Source: Promethearchaeia archaeon (GTDB lineage: Archaea; Asgardarchaeota; Lokiarchaeia; Sigyniarchaeales; SOKP01). Taken from it: a DNA stretch of 64,000 nucleotides. A program made the translations under genes and the position numbers. A model generated the notes under the pieces. The model saw only the letters and a list, made by a program, of their open reading frames with translations, ran no database searches and was not told the DNA's origin. The stretch covers positions 3,880 to 67,879 of the forward strand of contig JAWOFX010000054.1 in assembly GCA_046497275.1 (NCBI GenBank). The letters are read 5' to 3'. Positions 26,250-36,615 of this stretch are shown here, one piece after another; the stretch's first letter is position 1; every line of letters begins with the position of its first letter.

Positions 26250-28424
26250 CTAATTTTCTTTTCGTGAAATCACACATTTAATATCCACAGCACTATATCC
26301 ATCAATAAAAGATAATAGGGGATTAATGTCTATTTCGACAATTTCAGGGAAATCATTCACTAATTGTGCCATTCTTTGAAGTACTTCGATTACAGCATCT
26401 ATATCTGATGGCTGTTCTCCCCTTACGCCTTGAAGTAAACGATATACTTTAGTTTCTTGTAGCATAGATATTGCATCCTCTCTCGTAAATTTATATGAAA
26501 GTGCAAATGCTACATCTTGTAAAAAATTTGCATATATACCTCCTGATCCTACCATCAACATAGGACCAAATTGTGGGTCTCTGGACATTCCTAAAATTAA
26601 TTCATTCACTTTTTCTTTCTTGCTAAAATCAATCATTTCTTGGACTTCTACTCCATAAATTTTAGCATTTTGTGGTCCAAATTTTTTTGTTTTATTTACT
26701 ATTTCAATGTAGGCTTCAAAAGCTTCTTCAGGTTTATTAATATTTTTTACAATTCCCCCGATATCCGATTTGTGGGTGATCTGGGGGCTGACAATTTTCA
26801 TTATTGCTTTTCCTATTTCTGGTTGTATTTCCATAGCTTCACGTGGCGTATTTGCTAATCTTGATTTAGGAGCTTTTATTCCGTAATATTCAAACATCTC
26901 TGCAGTTTCTGTTCCTATTAAAACTGTTCTTTCATCTTTTCTGACATTCTGGATTATCTCACTCACTCTTTCCCGGTTTACTTCAAATTCGGGGATATCT
27001 AACTCTGAAATTGGTTTTTCATCAAGATACCATCTCCTTTTTATCATAGTTTTTAGTGAATGAGCTCCTCGATCTGGAAATTGATAACAAGGAATATAAT
27101 GGTCTTTAAGGAACTTTTTTCCTTCTGCAATTGATTTTTGCCCTATAAAAGAGCAAATTAATGTTTTATTTGCAAGGTGCTTCGATTTTGTTTCATAAAT
27201 TAACTCAGCCACTTTAGTAGGTTTCGTTTGTGGTTGGGGTGTTAATATTATTAATACTCCTTCCGTATTAATTTGATTTTGATCAAGATTCTCATCATTA
27301 GCTTTACTATTAATTCCAAATAAAGTTTTCAAGGTAAAAATGTATCTTTCTGGAGTAGCATCTCCTACTATATCTACGGGATTAAAAATAGCAGCTTCTT
27401 CAGGTAAATTTTCTCTAAGGCTGTGCAAAATATTTTCTGAAAATTCAGCTAATTTTAAACCCTCTGAAGAAAAAGCATCAGTGGCAACTATTCCAGGACC
27501 ACCAGCGTTAGTTATAATTGAGAATGAATTTTTTTTTGGAATCGGTTGAAACAAAAATATTTCGCCAAAATCGAAGAGATCCTCAATTGTTTCTGCTCTT
27601 ATTACCCCACATTTATTAAATGCTAAAGAATACGCTTTATCTGAGCCAGCTAATGCTCCTGTATGACTGGATGCTGCTCTTGCGCCTGCCTCACTCTTTC
27701 CAGCTTTTAATATTACAATTGGTTTTTTCCTGGAAGCTTTAGGCACAACTTCTAAAAATCTATCTCCATCTTTGACATTTTCTAAATAGCATAGAATTAC
27801 TTTTACATTATCATCATTCGCAAGGTATTCAATAAAATCGACGGCACCTAGATCAGCTTTATTTCCCAAACTTATATTACAATAAAATCCATAGCTTTGT
27901 TCCATAGAATAGTCCATCATACCTGTAAGCATCGCTCCAGATTGAGAAATCATAGCAATCTCTCCTTCTTTAGGTGTCTCCATCGCAAAGGAGCCATTAT
28001 AATGAGTTCCAATAAAACCTAAGCAGTTGGGACCAAGTATTCTCATATTATATTTTTTTGCGACTTCTTTTAATTTTTCCTCTCTTTCTGCCCCTTCGCC
28101 ACCAATTTCCTTAAAACCCGCAGAGATAACGATTAATCCCTTAACTCCCTTTTCACCACATTCTCTGGCCACTTGAACCACATATTTGCTTGGAATGACG
28201 AATATAGCAACTTCTACTTCCTTAGGGACATCCAATACACTTTGATAGGCTTTATAATCTAAAATTTCATCATAGCCCGGATTAATAGGATAAATACCCC
28301 CCTCATATCCCGAATTAAGTATATTTATCATCACACTATGCCCTACTTTTCCTTCTGTATTAGAAGCTCCAATTATTGCTATACTTTTAGGATTAAAAAA
28401 ATAAGAAATGTCGCTTTTTGGCAT
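26250..28424 (-). CDS. acd: Acetate--CoA ligase (ADP-forming), fused alpha-beta type
   Basis: 724 aa. N-terminal CoA-binding domain (IAIIGASN), succinyl-CoA-synthetase-like ligase domain with SHTGALAG phosphohistidine loop, C-terminal ATP-grasp domain. Confidence 0.85.
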   Translation of the reverse strand: MPKSDISYFFNPKSIAIIGASNTEGKVGHSVMINILNSGYEGGIYPINPGYDEILDYKAYQSVLDVPKEVEVAIFVIPSKYVVQVARECGEKGVKGLIVISAGFKEIGGEGAEREEKLKEVAKKYNMRILGPNCLGFIGTHYNGSFAMETPKEGEIAMISQSGAMLTGMMDYSMEQSYGFYCNISLGNKADLGAVDFIEYLANDDNVKVILCYLENVKDGDRFLEVVPKASRKKPIVILKAGKSEAGARAASSHTGALAGSDKAYSLAFNKCGVIRAETIEDLFDFGEIFLFQPIPKKNSFSIITNAGGPGIVATDAFSSEGLKLAEFSENILHSLRENLPEEAAIFNPVDIVGDATPERYIFTLKTLFGINSKANDENLDQNQINTEGVLIILTPQPQTKPTKVAELIYETKSKHLANKTLICSFIGQKSIAEGKKFLKDHYIPCYQFPDRGAHSLKTMIKRRWYLDEKPISELDIPEFEVNRERVSEIIQNVRKDERTVLIGTETAEMFEYYGIKAPKSRLANTPREAMEIQPEIGKAIMKIVSPQITHKSDIGGIVKNINKPEEAFEAYIEIVNKTKKFGPQNAKIYGVEVQEMIDFSKKEKVNELILGMSRDPQFGPMLMVGSGGIYANFLQDVAFALSYKFTREDAISMLQETKVYRLLQGVRGEQPSDIDAVIEVLQRMAQLVNDFPEIVEIDINPLLSFIDGYSAVDIKCVISRKEN

Positions 28425-28680
28425 GATTCAATATATTAGGGTGTTTTTATTTAGGAAGTACTTTAAACTAATTTAAAATTACATTTAATAAAAATCTTCA
28501 AATTCTAAAATATTAACCTTATCATATTGATTTTTTTCTTAATAATTCAAATTTTTTTAAAAATGATATTTTTGATTATAAGAAATCTATAAAGTAAAAG
28601 ATTTTAAATTCCCAAATTTTTAATTTTTAGAATAAATCTAAACCTTAATTCTTTTAAAAATAAGTTCTTTTATTGATCAT

Positions 28681-29157
28681 ATGACTAAAGTTAAAATTAT
28701 TACTGAAAAAGGAGATATAAATTTACAGTTATTTGATGAGGATGCTCCAAAAACAGTTGCGAGTTTTCTTTATTTAATAAAACAAGGTTTTTATGATGGG
28801 GTAACATTTCATCGAGTGATCGATGATTTTATGATACAGGGGGGAGATCCTACCGGTACCGGAAGAGGGGGTCCCAATGATAAGGGAATCAGTTCATTTT
28901 CTTATAAAGGAGAACAAGTATCATATCCATTTGAAGATGAATTCCAGAGTGGAAGAAAATTTGAGAAACCAGGTATTTTAGCTATGGCTAATGCCGGACC
29001 AAATACGAACGGAAGTCAATTTTTCATTACACATGTTCCAACTCCCTGGTTAACTGGAAAGCATACTATTTTTGGGGAAATTGTTACTAAAAAAGATCAA
29101 GAAGTAGTTAATTCAATTGAACAGGGAGATAAAATCAAGGAAATAAAAATTCTATAA
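28681..29157 (+). CDS. Peptidyl-prolyl cis-trans isomerase, cyclophilin type
   Basis: [23 protein letters not shown] and [16 protein letters not shown] signatures. Confidence 0.9.
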   Translation: MTKVKIITEKGDINLQLFDEDAPKTVASFLYLIKQGFYDGVTFHRVIDDFMIQGGDPTGTGRGGPNDKGISSFSYKGEQVSYPFEDEFQSGRKFEKPGILAMANAGPNTNGSQFFITHVPTPWLTGKHTIFGEIVTKKDQEVVNSIEQGDKIKEIKIL

Positions 29158-29190
29158 TCATTTTTTAAATATTTTTTTAATCTAAATAAT

Positions 29191-30441
29191 TTAATAAGCA
29201 CTATCTTCTATACCTTCTAAATTACCCTTATTTTTAAGTCTCTTTTCCATTGGTTTATGCAAAAACCATAATCCTATCATAGATATAAATGATAATATTG
29301 CTGCAAAATACCAAACCCAATTAGGACCAATATAATCCATTAATAATCCTGCTAAAATGACTCCAAATATACTTGGTATTGCCCAAGAGAATCCAAATAA
29401 TGCCATATATCTACCCCGCTTATCTTCAGGAGCTAATAATCCAACTGCTCTCTGACTAAGGGGCATTACGATCATTTCTCCGATAGTTATTATAATCATA
29501 GCTATAAAAAATAAATAAACCTCAGAAATAAATCCATACATACCAAATCCTATTAAATAAAATAAAGACCCAAATGCCATTACTTTCATTGGTTTATATT
29601 TTTTAATTCTATTTGCTATTAGAAATTGAAATAACACCACAATTATTGCATTCGTAGCAAGTAAAAATCCAAAACGATCTTCTCCGAAATTATGTTCATC
29701 TCTTAGAAAAACCGATAATGTTGAATTAAGTTGTAAATACACAAGAGCCATAATGATAGAAACTAACAAAAACAATATAAACACCCAATCTTTCAAAGCT
29801 TCCTTATACCCTACAATTGTTTTCATTATTGAATCCTCTGACTCTTCACTTACTTTTATAGGTTTTGTTTCTGGGATACTAATATATACAATAATTGCAG
29901 TAATAATACTGCTTATAGCATCTGCAATAAATAAAATCATATATGATTGATTTACTAATAGAGAACCGAATATAGGTCCGATTGTTGCTGATAAATTAAC
30001 TGCCACACGTAAGATTCCAAATCCTGCTCCTTGTAAGTCAGTAGATAATAGGTCTACCACCATTGCTTGCCGAGCAGGATGGCCGAGGTCACCAAAAAAT
30101 CCTAAAAATCCAGCTAATATTAAAAAAAGAATAAGACTATTAACTAATCCCATTAAAATACTACCAATTCCACTTATTATTAATCCTAATATCGATATAA
30201 ATCGACGACCATACTTATCTGCTAATGCTCCACCAATTACACCTCCAAATATACTTCCAATAGAGAAGAAAGCAAATAAGATTCCAACCTCTGTCATACC
30301 TACAGCAAAACGAGCAGTGATATATAAAGCAAAAAAAGGATAGAGTAAAAAACTTCCTAAACGGTCAATAAACGTAGCAAATACTAATACTTTGAAGGGA
30401 TTAGGATATTTATTATAACTTTGTTTAATTTTTTGAAACAT
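29191..30441 (-). CDS. MFS transporter
   Basis: 416 aa, about 12 TM. ALADKYGRRF loop motif between TM2 and TM3. Confidence 0.75.
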   Translation of the reverse strand: MFQKIKQSYNKYPNPFKVLVFATFIDRLGSFLLYPFFALYITARFAVGMTEVGILFAFFSIGSIFGGVIGGALADKYGRRFISILGLIISGIGSILMGLVNSLILFLILAGFLGFFGDLGHPARQAMVVDLLSTDLQGAGFGILRVAVNLSATIGPIFGSLLVNQSYMILFIADAISSIITAIIVYISIPETKPIKVSEESEDSIMKTIVGYKEALKDWVFILFLLVSIIMALVYLQLNSTLSVFLRDEHNFGEDRFGFLLATNAIIVVLFQFLIANRIKKYKPMKVMAFGSLFYLIGFGMYGFISEVYLFFIAMIIITIGEMIVMPLSQRAVGLLAPEDKRGRYMALFGFSWAIPSIFGVILAGLLMDYIGPNWVWYFAAILSFISMIGLWFLHKPMEKRLKNKGNLEGIEDSAY

Positions 30442-30678
30442 TTTTCATTTTAAATTATAAACGCTTAATATAATCATAGAATTAATGTATAATAATTATT
30501 AAATTATATCAAAGTTATTCTTAGGATTAAAGAAATCAAATTTTTATTATTCTTGACTTATTTCTTAAATAGAACAAAATTAGGTTTTGTTTAATTATAC
30601 ATATAACATAAAGTTTGTAATTTAAATAATTGGAAAATAAAATTAAGAAGCTATAGGAAAAAAAAAAATTATATATAT

Positions 30679-31164
30679 TTATATTCTAGAATCTGATACA
30701 GCAGGTGGCTCAGGAGGTTTATATTTTTCATAGAGTTCATTCATTAATCTATAAAAATCTTTTCTTCTATTTATGTAATGATTTTTATCTTCTTCTTTAT
30801 TTCGATCGACAGAAAGTTTCCATTTTGTTACCTTTGGTTTATCACCTTTCAGTACTAAATTTCCATCTTTATCGCGTTTGTACATCTGAATTTTGATAAC
30901 ACCTTTTTCGGGTTTCGCTGGAATAATTTCATCAATATCACCCCATCTAACCCATTTGCTCTTTCCCATACTATACATTGATGTGCTGAAGCCCGCTTTT
31001 ATTCTCCAAGAGAATCCATTTTCTCCTACAACAATTAAACCATTTTCTTTATCTAATCCGCATTTTGATGTAAGTATAGGTTCACCAACTGGATCTGATT
31101 CCATTATTTTTTCATACATCCCTTGTCGATCGGGAGATAATTCCCATCCATCTAAAAACGGCAT
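30679..31164 (-). CDS. Hypothetical protein (beta-rich core plus C-terminal helix; possibly PH-like fold)
   Basis: 161 aa. No motif recognised. The fold suggestion comes only from the beta-strand pattern followed by the helix RRKDFYRLMNELYEKY. Confidence 0.3.
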   Translation of the reverse strand: MPFLDGWELSPDRQGMYEKIMESDPVGEPILTSKCGLDKENGLIVVGENGFSWRIKAGFSTSMYSMGKSKWVRWGDIDEIIPAKPEKGVIKIQMYKRDKDGNLVLKGDKPKVTKWKLSVDRNKEEDKNHYINRRKDFYRLMNELYEKYKPPEPPAVSDSRI

Positions 31165-31340
31165 ATTATTTCAATTTTTTTTGTCTAATTATCAGTAAAT
31201 TGTATGTTACATTTCTAGAAAAATGTATATTTATAAATATGTCTAAAATCATCCATTTTTATCTTATTTATTATAAAAAAGATAATATTTGAAGCAAAGT
31301 TATGCATTTTATATCAGACCTTTAAAAACTCAAAGTAAAT

Positions 31341-32780
31341 ATGAATACTATATTAATTTATCCACAGTTGGAATTTTCAAAAGCTCAAATACCCGCCCCA
31401 CCGTATTCTATTTTATTTATCGCAGATTATTTGAATAAAAGACATATAAATGTGAAGATTTTTGACCTTAGATTTGACAAAAATTTAGATGTTTTAAATG
31501 AAATATCCCGTAACGAATTGGAATATATAGGGATTTCAGTTATGACTGGACCACAAATAAAATATGCGTTAAGAATTTCAGAATTAATAAAAAAGAAATT
31601 TGACAAGATAAAAATTGTATGGGGTGGAATGCATCCAACAATAAGACCTAAACAAACCCTTAAGCATCCATTAATAGACTTAGTTGTCCGGGGAGAGGGA
31701 GAAAAAACATATTTTGAGCTAGTTTCCGGAAGAGAATTAGAGAAAATTGATGGATTGTCTTTTAAAAGAGGAAATAAAATAATTCATAATAAAGAAAGAA
31801 TCTTAATGAGTGATTCGGAAATCAATGAGTTAAGTATTCCTTGGGAACTAATGAAACCAAAATATTACATTAATAATCAAAACTTTAATCTTATCACTAG
31901 TAGAGGTTGTCCTTATCAATGTGCGTTTTGCTATAATAGTATGGCTAAGAATAGATGGAGAGGGTGGACTGTAAATAAATGTATACATGAATTCAATAAG
32001 GTTTTAAATTATGATGTTAAAAAAATTACTTTTTATGATGATAATTTCTTTGCAAATCCAAAAAGAATTAGCGGGATATTCAATTATTTAAAAGAACATG
32101 ACATCATTTGGAAGGCAGAAATTAGAGTCGATCGTTTAGATCTTCCTTTAGCAGAAGCTGCAAAAAAGGCAGGCTGCCGACAATTATTTTTTGGTGCAGA
32201 ATCTGGATCTGAAAGGCTATTAAAATTAATTATGAAAAATATAACCATTCAAGATATAATTAAGAGTGCTAAAATAACTAAAAAGGTCGGATTGGTGGCA
32301 GATTATAGTTGGATGGTTGGAATTCCAGGAGAAAAACAAATTGATAGAAAAAAAACAATTTCTTTGATTAAGAAAATTAAGAAAATTAATTCAGAATGTG
32401 AATTCTCTATAAAAATCCTTTATCCATATCCGAAAACCTTAATTTTTCAAGATGCTGTTAAACATGGTTTTAAGCCACCTGTTAATCTTATTGAATGGTC
32501 AAATGTGAGAAGGGAGCGGGCTCCAGATTATTTAGAAAACGGAAATAACCTTGAAATGATCTCATTAATAAGTGCAATTGTGGGAAGAAAAGTATTTGAA
32601 AAAAGTAACTTCCCAATTTTAAAAATATTGAAATTTTACGCCGATTTCAGATGGAAATATGAATTTTTTGATGTTGGTATTGAAAACTTTTTGTTCAAAA
32701 TCTCTCGAGGGATGATTAATGAATATATGAATAGAAGAGATACCAAAGGATACGATCAATTCTCTCAAAAAATAATTTGA
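31341..32780 (+). CDS. B12-binding-domain radical SAM protein
   Basis: N-terminal Rossmann-like cobalamin-binding-type domain (YIGISVMTGPQ...IVWGGMHPT), then ITSRGCPYQCAFCYN (CxxxCxxC). Confidence 0.75.
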   Translation: MNTILIYPQLEFSKAQIPAPPYSILFIADYLNKRHINVKIFDLRFDKNLDVLNEISRNELEYIGISVMTGPQIKYALRISELIKKKFDKIKIVWGGMHPTIRPKQTLKHPLIDLVVRGEGEKTYFELVSGRELEKIDGLSFKRGNKIIHNKERILMSDSEINELSIPWELMKPKYYINNQNFNLITSRGCPYQCAFCYNSMAKNRWRGWTVNKCIHEFNKVLNYDVKKITFYDDNFFANPKRISGIFNYLKEHDIIWKAEIRVDRLDLPLAEAAKKAGCRQLFFGAESGSERLLKLIMKNITIQDIIKSAKITKKVGLVADYSWMVGIPGEKQIDRKKTISLIKKIKKINSECEFSIKILYPYPKTLIFQDAVKHGFKPPVNLIEWSNVRRERAPDYLENGNNLEMISLISAIVGRKVFEKSNFPILKILKFYADFRWKYEFFDVGIENFLFKISRGMINEYMNRRDTKGYDQFSQKII

Positions 32781-32971
32781 ATTAAGAGAATAATTTATTT
32801 TCAATTTAATTAATTATTTTAATCACAATATATGTGTTAAATAAAATAAAGAACTGTAGAAAAAAGTAAGAAACTTTTGAATTTGGAAAAGAAATATTTA
32901 TAATGGATGTTTAAATCAAAATATTAATTCAAATACCATTATATTATTTCAAAAAGTCATAAAAAACAATT

Positions 32972-33730
32972 ATGGTTAAAACGAATAGTAAAATAAAACG
33001 AATTGGGTTTTTTTTTTTAATGGTATTTCTTTTTCAAACAATTTTTATATTTTTTTCGTTGAATAATTTTCTAAATATTTTCTCTTCTCTTCAATATGCT
33101 TATATTTCTGGGAATTCCCTCTATATGCCTTTTATACCATATATTAATTTATTGTTATTTCTCCCTCCAAGATTTTTCCATCTTCACTTTACATTAGGTA
33201 ATTTAGTAGATATTCTCATATTAATCAGCCTTTCATCTGTTATAGATTCAATTTTCTACCATGGTATTTTAAAGAGATTTTTAGACGAAGAAATAGAGTT
33301 TGCCAAATATTCTTTATTGGACATCGATTTTGGATATAAAAATAAAAAAAATATTCAAGAACAAGGAATTTGGTTATTTCCCATGAATGATAAGATATTA
33401 GATAACAAAGGAAGAGAAAATACAATGGATATTGGAAAATTTTTGAACTTAAACGAGATGAAAAAATCTAGATCTTTTGCATTTAAATTCAAAAATGCGG
33501 TATATAGGAATAAAATTCGAAAATTTATATTCCTTCATAAAAATAACATTTGCTTACTTAGAAATGAAAAAAACATATTTCTTCATACTGGTTTAACCTA
33601 TTCCCATATAAAAACTATTTTTTCACTCCCTTTTGAAAATTTAAGATTTTCTCCAAAAATAAATTGTTTATTTTTAAAGAGCTTTCGAAAAACTTGGAGA
33701 ATGACAAGAAAATACAAACCAATTCAATGA
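32972..33730 (+). CDS. Phe/Asn/Lys-rich membrane-associated hypothetical protein; paralogue of 50713..51504
   Basis: A 252-codon open frame in extremely AT-rich DNA, which is unlikely by chance. N-terminal TM segments. Three blocks collinear with 50713 (SVIDSIFYHGILKRFLDEEIEF / IIESSIFFYIWEACMEDLDFY; IFSLPFEN / IFNSLPFN). Confidence 0.4.
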   Translation: MVKTNSKIKRIGFFFLMVFLFQTIFIFFSLNNFLNIFSSLQYAYISGNSLYMPFIPYINLLLFLPPRFFHLHFTLGNLVDILILISLSSVIDSIFYHGILKRFLDEEIEFAKYSLLDIDFGYKNKKNIQEQGIWLFPMNDKILDNKGRENTMDIGKFLNLNEMKKSRSFAFKFKNAVYRNKIRKFIFLHKNNICLLRNEKNIFLHTGLTYSHIKTIFSLPFENLRFSPKINCLFLKSFRKTWRMTRKYKPIQ

Positions 33731-33784
33731 ATTAAATATAATTTTTAAAATTAAATAAAAAATAATTAAAAGAGGTTATATAAA

Positions 33785-35149
33785 ATGGATTGGACTGATG
33801 AAATAGAAAATCTGTTTCAGAAAATAATGAATTTAACTCCCGAAGATTTTCGTGCTTCAATAGCGCCAATGTGGCATGATGCTGCCGAAAAAACTGCAAG
33901 ATTAAGAAATTCGGGATTTGTAAGCGAAGATGATCTGTTAACTGCATTATTTGATATCACCCCGGAAGCATTCCAACCCGCAGTAGTGAAGGATTTAACT
34001 GAAATCGGTATAGATACTGATCGTTATATTAAGTTGTCTGAAATAAGAAAAACATATGCCAGAACATGGAATGAAATCAGTGGGGCATTTAAACCAGGAG
34101 TTTACCATTTTACAATGTACATTACAGATCGTTGTAATCAAAATTGTTTACATTGCGCAGCTTCCGTAACGGAAAATAGAGAAGAATTATCAATACAAAA
34201 ATGGATTCAAATTATAGAAAATATAGAACAAACTCTTAGAAAACGAGGTAGAAATGGCTGTTATATTTGGTTCGGTGGAGAACCAACTGTACGGAAGGAC
34301 TTGAAAGATTTAATCGAATATTGTGGAGAAAAGGGATATTATCAAGCAGTTGCAACGAATGGAATCCTATTTGATGAGAAATTAGCAAAATTATGTGCTA
34401 AAGTTAAAATGAGTCATGTCTTTATCAGTTTAGACAGTACAAAACCCGAACGGGCTGCAAAAATAAGAGGTCACCCTAAAGCTTATGAATCTGCTATTAA
34501 AGCGATAAAATTAGCTAATGAATATGGATTGTTTACTATTGGAAATGCCACAATTCAAAAAGAAAATTTTGATGAATTAGAAGAGATACAAAATTTATAT
34601 GATTCTTTAGGAGTTATTCCATATTTTAGAGCAGTTATTAAGAAAAGGAGTGCAGATAAAAATTGGGAAGAGATCGGACTTGATTATGATCAATTTCGAG
34701 AGTTTTACAATTTTAAATATAACAATGTCGTTGATGCGATTCGAAGTGGAAAAGCATCGAGTATAAACAAATTTTATACTTGGGATATGGTCCCTTTTAT
34801 GGAAATTCCTAAAAATGATGAAGAAAGAGCCTCTCTAGAATGGGGAGTTGGTTGTCAAGCATGCAGATCGATTTCAGGAATTGATATCAATGGCGATGTT
34901 TTTCCATGTGATTATCCGTCTGAATTAATCTTAGGCAATGTTCTTGAACAGAGCTTTGATGAAATTATGGAATCTGAGATTTTTAAAGCCATTCGAGACA
35001 GGAAAATTAAAGGTAAGTGTGCTGATTGCCATCATCTGGAATTATGTGGTGGTGGTTGCAGAATTCATGCGGAAAATGAAACTGGTGACTTTCTCGCTGC
35101 TAGCCCTTATTGTTGGCATATAATGGATCATAAACACAATGAAGAGTGA
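33785..35149 (+). CDS. Radical SAM/SPASM enzyme with N-terminal PCP_red-like helical module
   Basis: aa 1-84 are the shared module (MDWTDEIENLFQKIMNLTPEDFR...). Then ITDRCNQNCLHCA (CxxxCxxC) and GGEPT. C-terminal SPASM Cys set CQAC...NGDVFPC...GKCADCHHLELCGGGC...C. GAGGT RBS. Confidence 0.8.
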   Translation: MDWTDEIENLFQKIMNLTPEDFRASIAPMWHDAAEKTARLRNSGFVSEDDLLTALFDITPEAFQPAVVKDLTEIGIDTDRYIKLSEIRKTYARTWNEISGAFKPGVYHFTMYITDRCNQNCLHCAASVTENREELSIQKWIQIIENIEQTLRKRGRNGCYIWFGGEPTVRKDLKDLIEYCGEKGYYQAVATNGILFDEKLAKLCAKVKMSHVFISLDSTKPERAAKIRGHPKAYESAIKAIKLANEYGLFTIGNATIQKENFDELEEIQNLYDSLGVIPYFRAVIKKRSADKNWEEIGLDYDQFREFYNFKYNNVVDAIRSGKASSINKFYTWDMVPFMEIPKNDEERASLEWGVGCQACRSISGIDINGDVFPCDYPSELILGNVLEQSFDEIMESEIFKAIRDRKIKGKCADCHHLELCGGGCRIHAENETGDFLAASPYCWHIMDHKHNEE

Positions 35150-35160
35150 TGTGAAAAATT

Positions 35161-36585
35161 ATGGAATGGGATGAAAATACAAAAAAAATATTTCAGCAGA
35201 TTGTCAAACAAATACCAGGTGGTTTTAGATCCGCTGTTGAACCACAAATAGTGAAAGCAGCAACACAGAGATGTTTAGATAGAAATGAATCGTATATTAA
35301 TGAATCAGATGTTGTTTTAGGAATTTTTGATATTATTCCTGAAGCATTTAAAGCAATGATGGTTGAAGATCTGACCGCTTTAGGAATAGATGTCCAAAGA
35401 TATATAGAATTGAAGGAAATTAAAGATCGCCTTAAGCTTTCTTGGGATAAATTAGAAAAAGCATTTCATCCTGGGGTTATACATTTTGCAATGTACATAA
35501 CAGATAAATGTAATATGAAATGTATTCACTGTGCTGCAGATGATTATATACCCAGAAAAGAATTACCTAAAGAAAGATGGTTTGAGATTATTGAAAATTT
35601 GGAATCTGGTTTAAGAAATCATGGTCGAAGAGGTTGCTACATTTGGTTTGGAGGAGAACCTACTTTACGCAAAGATATAGGGGAGATCATGGAATTTTGT
35701 AATAAAAATGATTATTTTCATGCTATTATCACTAATGGAGTAGAATTCAATGAAGATTTTGCTAAAAAGTGTAAAGATAATAATATGAGCCATGTTTTTG
35801 TAAGTTTTGACAGTGCTGATCCTGAAAAAAATGATTATATACGTGGTTTTAATAATTCTCTTCCATATGCTAAAAGAGCAATAAAAAATTGTTTAAAATA
35901 TGGACTTTTTGTCTGTTCATCGATTACTGTGATGAAGCAAAATATAAATGAACTTGATGATCTTGATTCCTTATCTTTAAAATGGGGAGCACAACCATTT
36001 TTTAGACCAGTAGTTAAACAAAATCGGGCTGCAGAATATTGGGATGAAATCGGACTTAACAAAGAAGAATATCATAAACTATACAATTATAAATATGAGA
36101 GAGCCATCAAAAAAATAAGAAATGCAGAGGCAGGCAGTCTTCCGGCTTACGAAATTTACGAGATGATGCCTTTTATGGAATGTCCGAAAAATGACAAGGA
36201 ATTAAGTGCAATTGAATGGGGTGTGGGTTGCTTAGCATGCAGAACGATGATGGGGGTAGGTATCGATGGCACTATTTTTCCTGCTGGATATCCAACTAAA
36301 TTAACTCTTGGAAATGCTTTGAAGGATGATTTTGACGACGTTTTAGATTCACAACTTTATAAAGATATAAGAGATAGAAAAAAGATCAAGGGAAAATGTG
36401 CAAAGTGCCATCATTTAGATTTATGTGGAGGAGGTTGCCGAGTCACTGCTGAATATATCACAGGCGACTTTTTTGCTTCTTTTCCTTTCTGCTGGCATGA
36501 AAATGATCATGAACATAAGAATTGCTTGAATCATAAGCAAAGAGTTGAAACAGAAAATATTCTATTAAAAAAACCTATTGAATAG
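35161..36585 (+). CDS. Radical SAM/SPASM enzyme with N-terminal PCP_red-like module (tandem paralogue of 33785..35149)
   Basis: Collinear with the upstream gene. ITDKCNMKCIHCA. SPASM region CLAC...DGTIFPA...GKCAKCHHLDLCGGGC, where the GxxxxC cysteine is Ala (codon 36283-36285). Confidence 0.8.
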   Translation: MEWDENTKKIFQQIVKQIPGGFRSAVEPQIVKAATQRCLDRNESYINESDVVLGIFDIIPEAFKAMMVEDLTALGIDVQRYIELKEIKDRLKLSWDKLEKAFHPGVIHFAMYITDKCNMKCIHCAADDYIPRKELPKERWFEIIENLESGLRNHGRRGCYIWFGGEPTLRKDIGEIMEFCNKNDYFHAIITNGVEFNEDFAKKCKDNNMSHVFVSFDSADPEKNDYIRGFNNSLPYAKRAIKNCLKYGLFVCSSITVMKQNINELDDLDSLSLKWGAQPFFRPVVKQNRAAEYWDEIGLNKEEYHKLYNYKYERAIKKIRNAEAGSLPAYEIYEMMPFMECPKNDKELSAIEWGVGCLACRTMMGVGIDGTIFPAGYPTKLTLGNALKDDFDDVLDSQLYKDIRDRKKIKGKCAKCHHLDLCGGGCRVTAEYITGDFFASFPFCWHENDHEHKNCLNHKQRVETENILLKKPIE

Positions 36586-36615
36586 TCTCATAAAATTTTA
36601 AAAAAGGGATAAAAA

